This document shows, piece by piece, positions 18,927-30,136 of a stretch of DNA of 64,000 nt. The translations under genes and the position numbers were made by a program. Location of the stretch: the NCBI GenBank assembly GCA_965248535.1, contig CBDFJR010000005.1:2336001-2400000 (forward strand), read 5' to 3'. Source of the stretch: Phormidesmis sp. Its GTDB lineage: Bacteria > Cyanobacteriota > Cyanobacteriia > Leptolyngbyales > Leptolyngbyaceae. Every line of letters begins with the position of its first letter. Position 1 is the stretch's first letter. The notes under the pieces were generated by a model. It saw only the letters and a program-made list of their open reading frames with translations. It made no database searches and was not told where the DNA came from.

Positions 18927-20359
18927 TTCGGTTCCCCCTGCATATCATTGAGATAAATACGAAGCTGGTGGGCGTAAACGCTTTTGAATGAACGACTTTG
19001 ACCCGCTCTCATTTCTTCCGCTGCCGCTTGAAAGATTTCTTCATCAGCAGCAGTCTCAATCTGCTCTGCTAAAGTTCTCACATAGTTGGGTTCGAGTGGC
19101 GTTTGGGCGAACCCTTTTTGCTGCGCCTGATCCAACACACGATCAAACACCCGTTGCACGGTCAGCGTCCGTACTTTGTTGAGCAAGTCTCCAGGATTTA
19201 AAACTCGTCTCGCTTGATCCCAACTGCTCATGCCCAACATCGGCGCAATCTCTTTGAGAGACAAGCCTTGATCATAGTAGAGACGCAAGCCTGGAATGAA
19301 TTGGGGAGCTAGGGGCGCGTACTTTTTGCTGCGTTTTAAAGCAGCAATGCGATCGTGCAGTTCTTGGGCAATTCCATCATTCAGCGCCAGATCAAGCTGT
19401 TGATGAAAAAACATCAGCATCTCTTGCTGCTCAAGATGGGTCTCATCTGGGGCGCTGCTTGGTAAATCTGACCGGATAGTGTTATGCCCTGTATCAGCGT
19501 CGCGAACTTCTAGCGGGACGCGATGCGACCAAATATCATACTGCCTAAGCTGAGTAGCCACGAGCTTTAGGGCTGACATTAACTCAGCCGCCACAGAAAT
19601 CTCCACGTTCTTTGCCCGCAAGTCAACTATCATTTCTTGCAGTTGCTCGATTGAAGGGTCTAGGCAGCGCTTACTCTTGGCGATTTGCTGTCGGCGATCG
19701 CGGCGATAAACTTCATGGAACACACTAACTAGATGACGATCGCGCTCAGATAGCCGCTCTAATTGGTGAGGTCTAGCGCGGTTTAGCAGCGCCCAATCGC
19801 TGAGATGCTGAAAGCCAAATTCCGCTAGAAACTGTTTAAGCTCCGTATTCTGTTTCGTTTGCAGATGCGTCCAATTGTCTAAACTCAATCTGGGTTGAGC
19901 CTCAGACCTAAACGTCCGCAACACTTCAACCGAAAAAAACTGATAGGTTGATACTTGAGGCTGCTTGTCGCCCATCAGGACAAATTGGACTTTGCGATCG
20001 TGATCAAGAATGACTTGCGTTTTTCCGTCATCATTTAACACAAAGGGCAGCAAATCTCGGTAAGTGAAAGATTTATCGCTACCGAAGAGATGATCGATCG
20101 TGTGGCAAGCCTTGAGAATAGAGGTAGACACATAACACCTGAGGCAAAGCCCAGCCTGCGCTTGAGTGCTGTCAGTCACTGTAGAGCTTTTGGCATGAAA
20201 GTAGGACAGTAACGCAGATCGAACGGCTCCATCTTGAACACTCGGAATATGGTTCTGAGCAAATTCTTGTGCTGAGGGAATCAAACAGTTTTTATACCCT
20301 AAAGTCTCGCTAGCAGGACTAATACACCAAATATTCCAGTACCGTGATGAAAGCAGCAT
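18923..20359 (-). CDS. Cyanobacterial sigma-70-like protein (long type)
   Basis: Region-4-like HTH LRLYYDQGLSLKEIAPMLGMSSWDQARR; LCLRCYVS and SDWALL motifs paralleling the 34435 sigma; coupled to DUF1822. Confidence 0.7.
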   Translation of the reverse strand: MLLSSRYWNIWCISPASETLGYKNCLIPSAQEFAQNHIPSVQDGAVRSALLSYFHAKSSTVTDSTQAQAGLCLRCYVSTSILKACHTIDHLFGSDKSFTYRDLLPFVLNDDGKTQVILDHDRKVQFVLMGDKQPQVSTYQFFSVEVLRTFRSEAQPRLSLDNWTHLQTKQNTELKQFLAEFGFQHLSDWALLNRARPHQLERLSERDRHLVSVFHEVYRRDRRQQIAKSKRCLDPSIEQLQEMIVDLRAKNVEISVAAELMSALKLVATQLRQYDIWSHRVPLEVRDADTGHNTIRSDLPSSAPDETHLEQQEMLMFFHQQLDLALNDGIAQELHDRIAALKRSKKYAPLAPQFIPGLRLYYDQGLSLKEIAPMLGMSSWDQARRVLNPGDLLNKVRTLTVQRVFDRVLDQAQQKGFAQTPLEPNYVRTLAEQIETAADEEIFQAAAEEMRAGQSRSFKSVYAHQLRIYLNDMQGEPK

Positions 20360-21349
20360 AGAGTTTGCGCTCCTGAAAGTTACTAGAGTTCTCCGTGTCA
20401 GTGCTGATCAATCTGCCCGTTGTTGTGTGTTGCCCATAAGATGAATGAGTTGATAGATGAAATTTAAGATAAATCGAAGGAAACGGTCATCGCTCTAGTG
20501 CTGAATGCGCCAAACAACTGATTGTTTTCAGTTCACTTCAAACAATCACTCTTGAAAATACGCTTTAGTATCGAGGTTGTGTTGCCCTAACCAGAGAGTT
20601 TAGATGGTTGCTTTTCTCTGTTTCTAAATTTCTACAGTAGGGTAATTCTTTCAGCATTACATTCACCTACACGGAAAGTAACTTTCCAATATTGGAAATC
20701 GAGATCGAGGACGACTCTAAGCGCTAGAAGTCTGACTGAGTAATCTTTTTAGAAAGGCGATCGAACAGAATCTTCATAATAACCACTGATGTATTGATTA
20801 AAAACCTATCCTTGGAGAGAGGCATAATGCGGTAGCTTACCAGAATTTCACGCCGCACAATGAACTCAATTCCCCGCAGCTTTTACAGCGTCTCCACGAT
20901 TAAGTTGAGTTACCGTAGAAGACTCAGGATCAGGGCTTCGGCGAACATTAATATTATTGTTGTTGATAAAGCTGCACATGGTGTTGTTCTCAGCCTCAAC
21001 TTAGTAAGTAGCTAGGTGAAATTAAATATAGATAAATAAATTGCCGTAAACCTACCGAAATGATGCCTGCCCCGCTCTGGCTTACGCCTTCCCATCCAGA
21101 GCCGACCGAAACGATATCCGCCAAAGCTTAACTGACCGATCGCGCCGACCACAAACAACAGGACTACGGTAAGGTGCGATCGCCAGCGCTACTAGCACTG
21201 TAGAGACAGGCACTAACCCAATAAAACAACACAAAACAAGATGCCCGAACTCAGCCAAAGCAGCCAGACTGCAACCGCGTTGGACGCAAGCTTAGTCCAA
21301 CTTTTTCGGCATTGTTCCGATTGATTACTTGCTTGCGCCATAAGCCGGA

Positions 21350-21445
21350 AACTGAATGCTTTGCTGTGACAATCGCTGACATCAATTGCTCAATGTTCCA
21401 GCCGCGATACCGAATGCCATTAATAAACAAAGCTGGGGCAGTCGT
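21350..21445 (-). pseudogene. C-terminal remnant of a DsbA/thioredoxin-fold gene
   Basis: TTAPALFINGIRYRGWNIEQLMSAI resembles the cis-Pro P.LFING..Y C-terminus of DsbA-like proteins; no CxxC-containing N-terminus present. Confidence 0.5.
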
Positions 21446-21535
21446 TATGGGGTTATGCAAAAAAGAACAAGAACCTCGATCGCCAAAAGGAGAGCGGTAA
21501 TGAAGTTCAGCAGAACCATCACGGAGTACTGACTT

Positions 21536-22354
21536 TTACTTCACAGTGGCAGTGGCAGCCGCTTCGATCAGTTTGACAACTTCATTGGGATGAGAAATAA
21601 AGGGCACATGACTCGCTTTAATTTCGGCTGTTTTGGCACCGATGCGTTTAGCCATAAAGCGCTCCAGATCAGGGTTAATAGCTCGGTCTTCTTGAGCCAC
21701 GAGATACCAGGAGGGAATTGTCTTCCAGGCAACATTACTCACTGCTTGGTCAAAAGCCACACTCGCGATCGGCTTTTGCGTCGCTGCCATCACACGCGCC
21801 TCGGCGGTTGAAACATCTTTAGCAAAGACCTCGTGAAACTTTTCACGATTGATGTAGAGGAAGCCTGCCGTATCAGGCACCAATGCCGTGTTGAGTGGAG
21901 GGGCAGCGTATTTAGCACCTAACTCACTAATTTTTTCGCCTGCCTCCGGTACATAGGCAGCAAGATAAACCAGTGCCTTAACCTGTGGGTTGCCCGCCGC
22001 CGCACCTGTAATCACGCTGCCACCATAGGAGTGTCCGACGACAACTACTGCACCCTTTTGGGCATCAATCACCCGCTTGGTTGTGGCAACGTCGTCTGGA
22101 AGGGAGGTGAGCGCGTTCTGCACTGCCGTCACAGTGTAACCATCACGTTCTAAAAGCGGAATGACGTGTTGCCATGAGGTGGCATCCGCAAAGGCACCAT
22201 GCGCCAGCACGATCGAGGGTTTGGCGATCGCCGTTTGAGCTAACGGCTGTGCCGCGACTGCCTCGGAATGGCGCATTGATAGACCGACTACAGCACTAAT
22301 AGCGAGTGCCAAAATGAGCACAAATCCTTGAATTTTCTTTTTCGTTAAAAGCAT
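21536..22354 (-). CDS. Secreted alpha/beta hydrolase
   Basis: HGAFAD, GHSYGG nucleophile elbow, DRAI, ASHVP; N-terminal signal peptide; start probably ATG 22354. Confidence 0.9.
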   Translation of the reverse strand: MLLTKKKIQGFVLILALAISAVVGLSMRHSEAVAAQPLAQTAIAKPSIVLAHGAFADATSWQHVIPLLERDGYTVTAVQNALTSLPDDVATTKRVIDAQKGAVVVVGHSYGGSVITGAAAGNPQVKALVYLAAYVPEAGEKISELGAKYAAPPLNTALVPDTAGFLYINREKFHEVFAKDVSTAEARVMAATQKPIASVAFDQAVSNVAWKTIPSWYLVAQEDRAINPDLERFMAKRIGAKTAEIKASHVPFISHPNEVVKLIEAAATATVK

Positions 22355-22483
22355 TGTTTTGATAGCTTGTGTAGGGTTTGTTGAGTTGCTTGTCAGACGA
22401 GCGATCGCGCCCACTTGACTAGAACTATCTTCACATCAGGTCAGCCGCGATCGAGACGACAACTGAACCGTCTTTGATTTACG

Positions 22484-23233
22484 TCAACGAAGACCACCTG
22501 TGACGTGTAGTGTTTCGCCAGTAATCCAGGCTGAATCAGAGGACGCGAAGAAAACGGCCACAGTTGCAATGTCCTGTGGCTGCCCAATCCGACCCAGTGG
22601 GGTTTGCGCTTCAGCCTGCTGGCGACCTTCGCTCTCGATGATTCCCGCCGTGTGAGTCCTCTCCGTTTCTACCATGCCAGGATTGATGGCGTTGACGCGG
22701 ATGTGGCGTGAACCTAACTCTTGGGCAAGTGACTTCGTGACGGCATCAACTGCCACTTTGGTCGCGCTATAGACCGCGCCGTTCGGGGGCGTGAGGGTGC
22801 TGACGATCGAACTGATATTGATCACGCTACCGCCTGCGGGCCCGAAGTGCTTTGCCGCTTCCTGCGAGGTGAGGAGCAACCCCAGCACATTCAAATTAAA
22901 CTGCTTGTGGAAGTGTTCTTCTGTAATGTCTTCCAGTGGGGCAAATTCATAAATACCAGCATTATTGACCAGAATATCCAATGTGCCAAACGTCTGCTGT
23001 GTCTGGGCAAACAGCCGTTCGATCTCTGTCTTTTTGGCAACATCTGCCTGGATGGAGATCGCCTTGCCGCCCGCTTTAGCAATTTCATCAACGACGCGAT
23101 CGGCTCCTTCTTTGCTAGATGCGTAGTTGACAACAACGGCTACACCTTCGGCTGCCAGATATTTGGCGATCGAAGCTCCAATGCCTTTGGATACGACCGT
23201 AACGACTGCAATTTTTCCTTCAAGTTTTTTCAT
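22484..23233 (-). CDS. SDR family oxidoreductase
   Basis: LVNNAG, YSATK catalytic motif, NAINPG; Gly motif degenerate (TVVSKGIG). Confidence 0.9.
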   Translation of the reverse strand: MKKLEGKIAVVTVVSKGIGASIAKYLAAEGVAVVVNYASSKEGADRVVDEIAKAGGKAISIQADVAKKTEIERLFAQTQQTFGTLDILVNNAGIYEFAPLEDITEEHFHKQFNLNVLGLLLTSQEAAKHFGPAGGSVINISSIVSTLTPPNGAVYSATKVAVDAVTKSLAQELGSRHIRVNAINPGMVETERTHTAGIIESEGRQQAEAQTPLGRIGQPQDIATVAVFFASSDSAWITGETLHVTGGLR

Positions 23234-23306
23234 GATGATGAGTTTTGTAGTGATTGAGTTTGAAAAAGTTATCTAAAGCAGATTGCAAAAACATGAGAAG
23301 ATACCC

Positions 23307-23342
23307 CTGCTGATCTGTGCCATTCATGGCACAGATCAGCAG
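23307..23342. terminator. Perfect 17-bp inverted repeat between the peroxidase-like and SDR genes
   Basis: ctgctgatctgtgccat-tc-atggcacagatcagcag; role (terminator or transcript stabiliser) is uncertain. Confidence 0.55.
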
Positions 23343-23349
23343 ATTAGTG

Positions 23350-24171
23350 TCACCCCTTGAGGAACGACAGTAGGTCTGAATTGAGATGTTCTTTGTGCGT
23401 GTCGGTTAGCCCGTGGGGTGCACCTGGATAAACCTTCAGGATGGCATTCTTCACAAGTTTTGATGAGATGAGAGCCGAAGTACCGATCGGCACGATTTGG
23501 TCATCGTCGCCGTGAATGATCAACGTCGGCACGTCAATTTTTTTGAGATCCTCGGTGAAGTCCGTCTCGGAGAACGCTTTGATGCAGTCGATCGCGCCTT
23601 TGAGACCAACCTGCATACTCCAAAGCCAGAACTGCTCCCGCAGACCTTGCGAGACTTTAGCACCCGATCGGTTAGCACCGTAGAACGGTTCGCTAACATC
23701 CTTATAGAACTGAGAACGATCGTGAGCGACACTGGCGCGAAAGCCATCAAAAACCTCGATCGGGATTCCGTCAGGATTAGCGTTGGTCTTCAACATCAGC
23801 GGTGGCACTGCGTCTACCAGCACGGCTTTGGCGACGCGCTTTGTGCCGTGGCGACCCATGTAGCGGGTGATTTCGCCGCCGCCCGTCGAGTGTCCAATCA
23901 AAACCACGTCTTTTAAATCCAGCATCTCAATCAGTGCTGCCAGGTCATCGGCGTAGGTGTCCATCTCGTTGCCGTTCCAAGACTGGCTTGATCGTCCATG
24001 CCCGCGACGATCGTGGGCGATGCAGCGGTAACCCTTAGATGCCAGGAAAAACAGTTGCCCATCCCAGGCATCAGCATTGAGCGGCCAACCGTGACTGAAA
24101 ACGATAGGTTGTCCTGTGCCCCAGTCTTTGTAGTAAATCTGCGTACCATCCTTGGTAGTGATTGTACTCAT
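23350..24171 (-). CDS. cpo: Non-heme chloroperoxidase / arylesterase (alpha/beta hydrolase)
   Basis: [48 protein letters not shown]. Confidence 0.9.
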   Translation of the reverse strand: MSTITTKDGTQIYYKDWGTGQPIVFSHGWPLNADAWDGQLFFLASKGYRCIAHDRRGHGRSSQSWNGNEMDTYADDLAALIEMLDLKDVVLIGHSTGGGEITRYMGRHGTKRVAKAVLVDAVPPLMLKTNANPDGIPIEVFDGFRASVAHDRSQFYKDVSEPFYGANRSGAKVSQGLREQFWLWSMQVGLKGAIDCIKAFSETDFTEDLKKIDVPTLIIHGDDDQIVPIGTSALISSKLVKNAILKVYPGAPHGLTDTHKEHLNSDLLSFLKG

Positions 24172-25234
24172 GTGGCTCCTAATGTATGTAAGGTCGAAAG
24201 TTTTTAAGTCTGTATCCAGTTCAAATAGTCAAAACGACCGCATCCACGGCAATCGATTATTGCTGTATGGCTGATCTCGATCGGCTTATGGTGATCGTCT
24301 GATTAGTGGCGAAGAGGGGTCTCTTGACGTTCAATTAATTGTACTCATTCTCCAACATTTGCCTCATTTAGAACACTTAAGTTCATTGAGTTAAGCGGCG
24401 AGTTGGTCTTTCTCTGTCTAAAGACAGGTCTTTGAAGGAGGCGCAGTTAAAAGCGAACCCGGTTCTTGAAATTTGCTGCCCTCTCTATACTTCCTACAAC
24501 CTGTTGCGATGGAATATGTCACAGAGCGATTTATTCAGCAGGTTTGTACAAAATTTGAGACTTCTCAGATCGATATCTTGTGGAGTCATCCCCTGATTCG
24601 AGTCTACGCAAAAGACTATAGTCGAGAGATCTAAATTTCCCAAAATGGGGGACTTTGAGTGGGTTTTACTATTGGGGGTGATACCTTCAGCACATTCGAT
24701 CTCTATGTTCATATGTGACGTTGCCTTGCCACCTGTGATAAAGTTGCACAGGCATCCGATGGCTTAAAAATTGTCAACGATGATTACAGCATGAACAGGA
24801 TCATCAATAAAAAATGACTTCCGTGTATTTTTTCCTGTATTTCTCGCTTCCTTTGTCAAATTTTTCATAAGATTCTGAGATATTCTCAAGACTAATTCCT
24901 GGCATCTTGACTTCCTCAATCGGCATCTTCCAGTCTTTTGAAGTTAGAAAATTTTGGACTGGCGGTTTGATTGACCCTATATTAGGAACCAACGAAACCA
25001 CAGGAGCGACAGTGCCTAGTTTGTGATCAGTCACCTAAATGTATTCCCAATTTTGAGTCATTCACAAATTTTATTTGCCTTGGTTCCAAGGCAATGACTC
25101 TCAATTAGGCTAGAATCTCTAAAGCTTCTAGTTGACTAGTTAGATCGTTAGAAAATTCTATTCTTAGGTGGTTCTTTTTTGATGTATGCTGACTGGGCTG
25201 TCATCTATTTTGTAATTTAGTGGGTTTTCACTCT

Positions 25235-25822
25235 ATGTCACGAAACTCTAATGACTTATCTCCGACAGAAAAAATCAAGGTTGCTTTAGATTGCTTACAT
25301 CGTGAATTGCTGGGTGATTCTAACGCGAGCAAGACGGTCGCTCAGAAATATGACCTTTCGACTCGCAGCGTGACTATTCTAAAGAATCAAGCTTTAGAAA
25401 TACTGAAAACAGGCTTCAGTCCTTCTACAGTTGCTGACGCAGTGGTTGCAGCTTCCGTTAATGATCACGCCCTAGATCAGGCTTTGAACTCGCTTTTAAG
25501 CTCTTCTGGGTCTAAAGAATTGCAAACAGGGGAGCTAGACTCAGAACAAGAAGATGCAACTGGGATCACGATTGAGCAGGTGTTTGCTGCGATCGTAGAG
25601 TACAACAAGTCTAAAAAAGAGCCGCCGATTTACATCTCACAGGGCATTGTTCAAAAGATTAGTGGTCAGCCTACCGCAGATATTAAGGGGTGGTTTGAGG
25701 AGCATGAGCAAGAAATCAACAAGCACAACGCGAGATATGAACTGACTCCCGTTACAAACAGAAGAATTAAGCGTGGCTTTAATTACAAGGCAGAATTAGG
25801 TTTAGAGGAAGAGGAGAACTAA
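25235..25822 (+). CDS. Hypothetical DNA-binding protein: N-terminal HTH + C-terminal domain resembling cyanobacterial protelomerase-family tails
   Basis: SPTEKIKVALDCL..KTVAQKYDLSTRSVTILKNQ (HTH-like); AIVEYN..YISQGIVQKISG..IKGWFEEHEQEINKHNARYELTPVTNR. Confidence 0.55.
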   Translation: MSRNSNDLSPTEKIKVALDCLHRELLGDSNASKTVAQKYDLSTRSVTILKNQALEILKTGFSPSTVADAVVAASVNDHALDQALNSLLSSSGSKELQTGELDSEQEDATGITIEQVFAAIVEYNKSKKEPPIYISQGIVQKISGQPTADIKGWFEEHEQEINKHNARYELTPVTNRRIKRGFNYKAELGLEEEEN

Positions 25823-25914
25823 TTGTCTTGCTTCTCCTGTTCATCAGCTTTGCTCTCATGAGTTATTCATGACGAGTGGATGAAATGCACACTGAGGTCA
25901 GCATACTGAGTGCG

Positions 25915-25945
25915 AAACCGGGTAGCAAGTTGCTGCCCGGTTTTT
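25915..25945 (+). terminator. Rho-independent terminator
   Basis: aaaccgggtagca-agt-tgctgcccggttt stem, ending in a T-run. Confidence 0.7.
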
Positions 25946-26309
25946 CGCGACAGTCTGAAGGTGGCGCACACTCAAACGCCACGGGTCATTCGTTGCGGGT
26001 CATTCATTTTATGAAGCTCTGAAGAACTCACGATGCTCAACGTCTCCTGGGTTCTAACGACATTGATAAGAATTTTTTCTTAGAGGATGCTTGAAAAGCG
26101 TTTTCTGACATTACAGGTCTTCGATTCTCCTATATTCCCTTAAAAAGAGAGGGGCTTTGATGTCTTGTTCCCTTTTTCTGAGGGTTCTATCTTGATTCTT
26201 CTCAAAGCATTATAAAGATATCTAGATAGTGAAAATTTGATGGTTCTAAGGCGGCAGCTTTTCAAAATACCTATAGGTTTTCCTATTCACTGAGTTTGTT
26301 GGGGGAATT

Positions 26310-29300
26310 ATGTTGAAAGTGTTTGCCGATCGAGGGGGTACGTTTACCGATTTAGTGGTTGTTACCGATGATCAGTCGATCGTAGATCGGCTCTCTCAAA
26401 CCTCTAAACGGTTTCAGATTGTTGCACTCGCTGATCAACAGTGGATTATTCTCTATAAACTGCTTTCAGAACAACCCCAACAGTATCAAGATGCCGTGAT
26501 TCAGGGGATTCGAGATATCTTAGGGTTGTCTTGCCATCAACTCATCCCAGCCGGAACGGTCGAAGTGGTGAAGATGGGCACAACCGTTGCAACCAACGCA
26601 TTGCTAGAACGTCAAGGTGAGCGCACGCTGCTGCTGATCACCAAGGGATTTCGGGATGCGCTGCAAATTGGCTATCAAAACCGTCCGAATATCTTTGCCC
26701 GTCAGATTGTGTTACCTGAACGGTTGTATGAACGGGTCATTGAAGTCGATGAGCGCTACACAGCCCAAGGTGAAGACTTTGTTCCCATCACCGCTCACGA
26801 GGAAACACGATTAACTGTAGCGTTACAGCGTGCTCATAACGATGGAATTCGGGCTTGCGCGATCGTGTTCCTCCACGGCTATCGCTACCCTCAGCATGAA
26901 CAACAAGTTGCCACGATCGCTCGCAGCATTGGCTTTGTTCAAGTCTCGGTTTCTCACGACGTTAGCCCCTTGATGAAGCTGATTAGTCGAGGTGACACCA
27001 CCGTTGTAGATGCCTATCTCTCACCAATTTTGCGCCGATATGTTGATCAGGTAGGAGCCGAGTTAAATCCTGCTCTGGAACTGTCCACCAAGCTGGAATT
27101 TATGAAATCGGATGGCGGTCTCACAGATGCTCAATGGTTTCAGGGCAAAGACAGCATTCTTTCTGGGCCGGCTGGAGGCATTGTAGGAGCCGTCAAAACT
27201 AGCACAGCCGCCGGATTTGACAAAATTATTGGCTTTGATATGGGCGGCACTTCAACCGATGTATCTCACTTTAACGGCGAGTATGAGCGCACGTTTGAAA
27301 CCGAAATTGCGGGTGTCCGGCTTCGGGCCCCCATGATGTCGATTCATACCGTTGCGGCGGGTGGAGGGTCGATCGTGACCTTTGATGGTTCTCGCTGTCG
27401 TGTGGGCCCACAGTCTGCCGGAGCACATCCAGGGCCCGCTTGCTACCGCAAAGGGGGTTCGCTAACGGTGACTGACTGCAACGTGCGCTTGGGCAAGATT
27501 CAGCCAGAATTTTTCCCTCATGTGTTTGGATCTGAAGGTAACTTGCCCCTCGATCGCGATATTGTGCAGCAAAAATTCGCGACCTTGAGCGCCGAAATCC
27601 ATGAGAAAACTGGAGACTGCCGCACTGATGAACAAGTTGCAGCCGGGTTCCTGGCTATTGCGATCGACAAAATGGCCAACGCGATTAAAAAAATCTCAGT
27701 GCAACGGGGCTATGATGTGACTCAATACACGCTTTGTTGCTTTGGCGGCGCAGGCGGACAACACGCCTGCCTGATTGCCGAAGCTTTGGGAATGTCGCAG
27801 ATCTTTATTCATCCGTTTGCAGGGGTGTTGTCAGCTTATGGCATTGGTTTGGCAGATTTACGCACCTTGAAAGAAAGGACAGTCGAAACTCACCTCACCG
27901 CAGAGATAATGCCCACGCTAGAGCAGATGCTAGAGACCCTCACGGCTGACGGTCGAGCAGAAATTGCGGCTCAAGGGGTTAGGGACGATCGTATCCAAGT
28001 TCTGCTCAAAACCCGTCTGCGCTATGCAGGGACTGACTCAACTTTGCCCATCGATTTTAGTGATGCAGAGACCATGCGACTTCAGTTTGAGCAGGTCTAT
28101 CGGCAACGATATGGCTTCGTGATGCCTAACAAAGCTTTGATTGTGGAAGCTGTTTCGGTAGAAGCGATCGGGCACGCAATGCCCCTGACAGACCCACTGC
28201 TTCCCCTCAGCAGAACAACACCGCTGACCCCGATCGCTACCGTGAAAATCTACACCAAGAGCAGTTGGCACGATACGCCAGTTTATCAACGTCAGGATCT
28301 AAGACCCGGCGATCGCATCACCGGAGCCGCTCTGATTCTTGAGCCAACCGGAACAAACGTGCTCGAACCCGGATGGTGTGCGGAATTAACACAACAAAAT
28401 CACCTGGTTGTGCGGCAGACAAACCCCGTCAAGCAGGAAGATGCAGACGCAGTTGTGGTTTCGTCCTCAAGTCCCGATCCCGTTCTCTTAGAGATCTTCA
28501 ACAATCTGGTGCGCGCGATCGCTGAGGAAATGGGCGTAACGCTGCAAAACACCAGTTACTCGGTCAATATTAAAGAACGGCTAGATTTCTCTTGCGCGAT
28601 TTTTGACCACCAGGGACAGCTTGTGGCGAATGCGCCCCATATTCCGGTTCATTTAGGATCGATGAGCGAAAGCGTCAGCAGTTTAATTCGAGCTAGGGGG
28701 AACATGCTCAAACCCGGAGATGCCTATGCGTCGAACAATCCCTATAACGGCGGCACGCATTTGCCAGATATCACGGTGATCACTCCAGTATTTGTTTCAG
28801 ATGCTGTTGTTCCGATGTTTTATGTGGCTTCACGGGGGCATCACGCCGATATTGGCGGCATTACGCCCGGTTCAATGCCTCCGCACAGCACCACAATCGA
28901 CCAGGAAGGCATTTTGCTCGACAACGCGCCGATCGTAGATCAAGGACATTTCCAAGAAGCCAGATTGTTAGAATGGTTGAGCGCAGGTGATTATCCCGTT
29001 CGCAATCCTGTCCAAAACTTGGCCGACCTGCGGGCGCAGATTGCTGCCAATGAACGAGGCGTAAAAGAACTCCACCACATGGTTGAGCAGTATGGATTGG
29101 CAACTGTGCAAGTCTATATGCACCATGTTCAAGAGAATGCCGAAGCATCGGTGCGGCGGGCCATTGAGGTGCTAAAAGACGGCAGCTTTAGCTATGCAAT
29201 GGATGATGGCAGCGAGATTTGCGTCAAAATTACGATCGATCATCATACTCGCTCGGCTTGTGTTGATTTCACGGGCACTTCACCCCAACAATCCACAAAT

Positions 29301-30068
29301 TTGAATGCCCCGTTAGCGATCTGTAAAGCGGTTGTGCTGTATGTGTTTCGGACACTGGTTGAAGATGATATCCCCCTCAATGCTGGGTGCCTTAAGCCCT
29401 TAGACATCATTGTTCCAGAGGGCTGCTTACTCAATCCCCGCTATCCGGCTGCGGTGGTGGCAGGCAATGTCGAAACCTCACAAGCGATCGCCAATGCGTT
29501 GTATGGTGCCCTCGGTATCATGGCAGCATCGCAAGGCACCATGAACAATTTCACCTTTGGCAACGAGCACTATCAGTATTATGAGACAATTTGTGGTGGT
29601 TCTGGGGCAGGTGCCACGTTTGACGGAACGGACGCAGTTCAAACCCATATGACAAACTCGCGGTTGACTGACCCGGAAGTCTTAGAGTGGCGGTTTCCGG
29701 TGTTGGTGGAAGCGTTTATGATCCGGGCTAACAGTGGCGGCGCTGGAAAGCATCGAGGGGGCAATGGAACCATTCGCCGGATTCAATTTCGCGAAGCCAT
29801 GACCGCAGCCATTTTGTCGGGTCATCGGGTGGTGGCACCCTTTGGGTTAGCGGGTGGCGAATCTGGAGCGATCGGGCACAACTCAGTCCTGCGTCGGGAT
29901 GGAACAACTGAATTTCTCGCCAGCAAAGCAGAAGTTCAAATGAATTCCGGCGATGTTTTCATCATCGAAACGCCAGGGGGCGGTGGATATGGCTCGATCG
30001 CCAGCTTAGTTAACCTCGATACTCGGCAAGCGCCGTTTGTTCACCCACCGGAAAACGGCTGCGATTAA
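26310..30068 (+). CDS. oplA: 5-oxoprolinase (fused hydantoinase A/B)
   Basis: DRGGTFTD, MGTTVATNALLER, LSGPAGG, DMGGTSTD, HTVAAGGGS, NIKERLDFSCA, HIPVHLGSM, GGTHLPD, TPGGGGYG. Confidence 0.95.
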   Translation: MLKVFADRGGTFTDLVVVTDDQSIVDRLSQTSKRFQIVALADQQWIILYKLLSEQPQQYQDAVIQGIRDILGLSCHQLIPAGTVEVVKMGTTVATNALLERQGERTLLLITKGFRDALQIGYQNRPNIFARQIVLPERLYERVIEVDERYTAQGEDFVPITAHEETRLTVALQRAHNDGIRACAIVFLHGYRYPQHEQQVATIARSIGFVQVSVSHDVSPLMKLISRGDTTVVDAYLSPILRRYVDQVGAELNPALELSTKLEFMKSDGGLTDAQWFQGKDSILSGPAGGIVGAVKTSTAAGFDKIIGFDMGGTSTDVSHFNGEYERTFETEIAGVRLRAPMMSIHTVAAGGGSIVTFDGSRCRVGPQSAGAHPGPACYRKGGSLTVTDCNVRLGKIQPEFFPHVFGSEGNLPLDRDIVQQKFATLSAEIHEKTGDCRTDEQVAAGFLAIAIDKMANAIKKISVQRGYDVTQYTLCCFGGAGGQHACLIAEALGMSQIFIHPFAGVLSAYGIGLADLRTLKERTVETHLTAEIMPTLEQMLETLTADGRAEIAAQGVRDDRIQVLLKTRLRYAGTDSTLPIDFSDAETMRLQFEQVYRQRYGFVMPNKALIVEAVSVEAIGHAMPLTDPLLPLSRTTPLTPIATVKIYTKSSWHDTPVYQRQDLRPGDRITGAALILEPTGTNVLEPGWCAELTQQNHLVVRQTNPVKQEDADAVVVSSSSPDPVLLEIFNNLVRAIAEEMGVTLQNTSYSVNIKERLDFSCAIFDHQGQLVANAPHIPVHLGSMSESVSSLIRARGNMLKPGDAYASNNPYNGGTHLPDITVITPVFVSDAVVPMFYVASRGHHADIGGITPGSMPPHSTTIDQEGILLDNAPIVDQGHFQEARLLEWLSAGDYPVRNPVQNLADLRAQIAANERGVKELHHMVEQYGLATVQVYMHHVQENAEASVRRAIEVLKDGSFSYAMDDGSEICVKITIDHHTRSACVDFTGTSPQQSTNLNAPLAICKAVVLYVFRTLVEDDIPLNAGCLKPLDIIVPEGCLLNPRYPAAVVAGNVETSQAIANALYGALGIMAASQGTMNNFTFGNEHYQYYETICGGSGAGATFDGTDAVQTHMTNSRLTDPEVLEWRFPVLVEAFMIRANSGGAGKHRGGNGTIRRIQFREAMTAAILSGHRVVAPFGLAGGESGAIGHNSVLRRDGTTEFLASKAEVQMNSGDVFIIETPGGGGYGSIASLVNLDTRQAPFVHPPENGCD

Positions 30069-30136
30069 ATGTCTGACCCTGTGTTACCAGCAGGTTGAGC
30101 AGCAATCGCGATCGGGTGGGGTCTGACCAGAGGGGT

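Noticed and set aside
20360..21250. ncRNA or hidden gene in the long intergenic region
   Set aside because: Only a small gctctgg/ccagagc hairpin near 21075-21102; no tRNA, riboswitch or convincing ORF recognised
24494..25034. Short minus-strand ORFs as a fragmented gene
   Set aside because: No recognisable family; partly overlaps a dispersed-repeat fragment; cannot be supported
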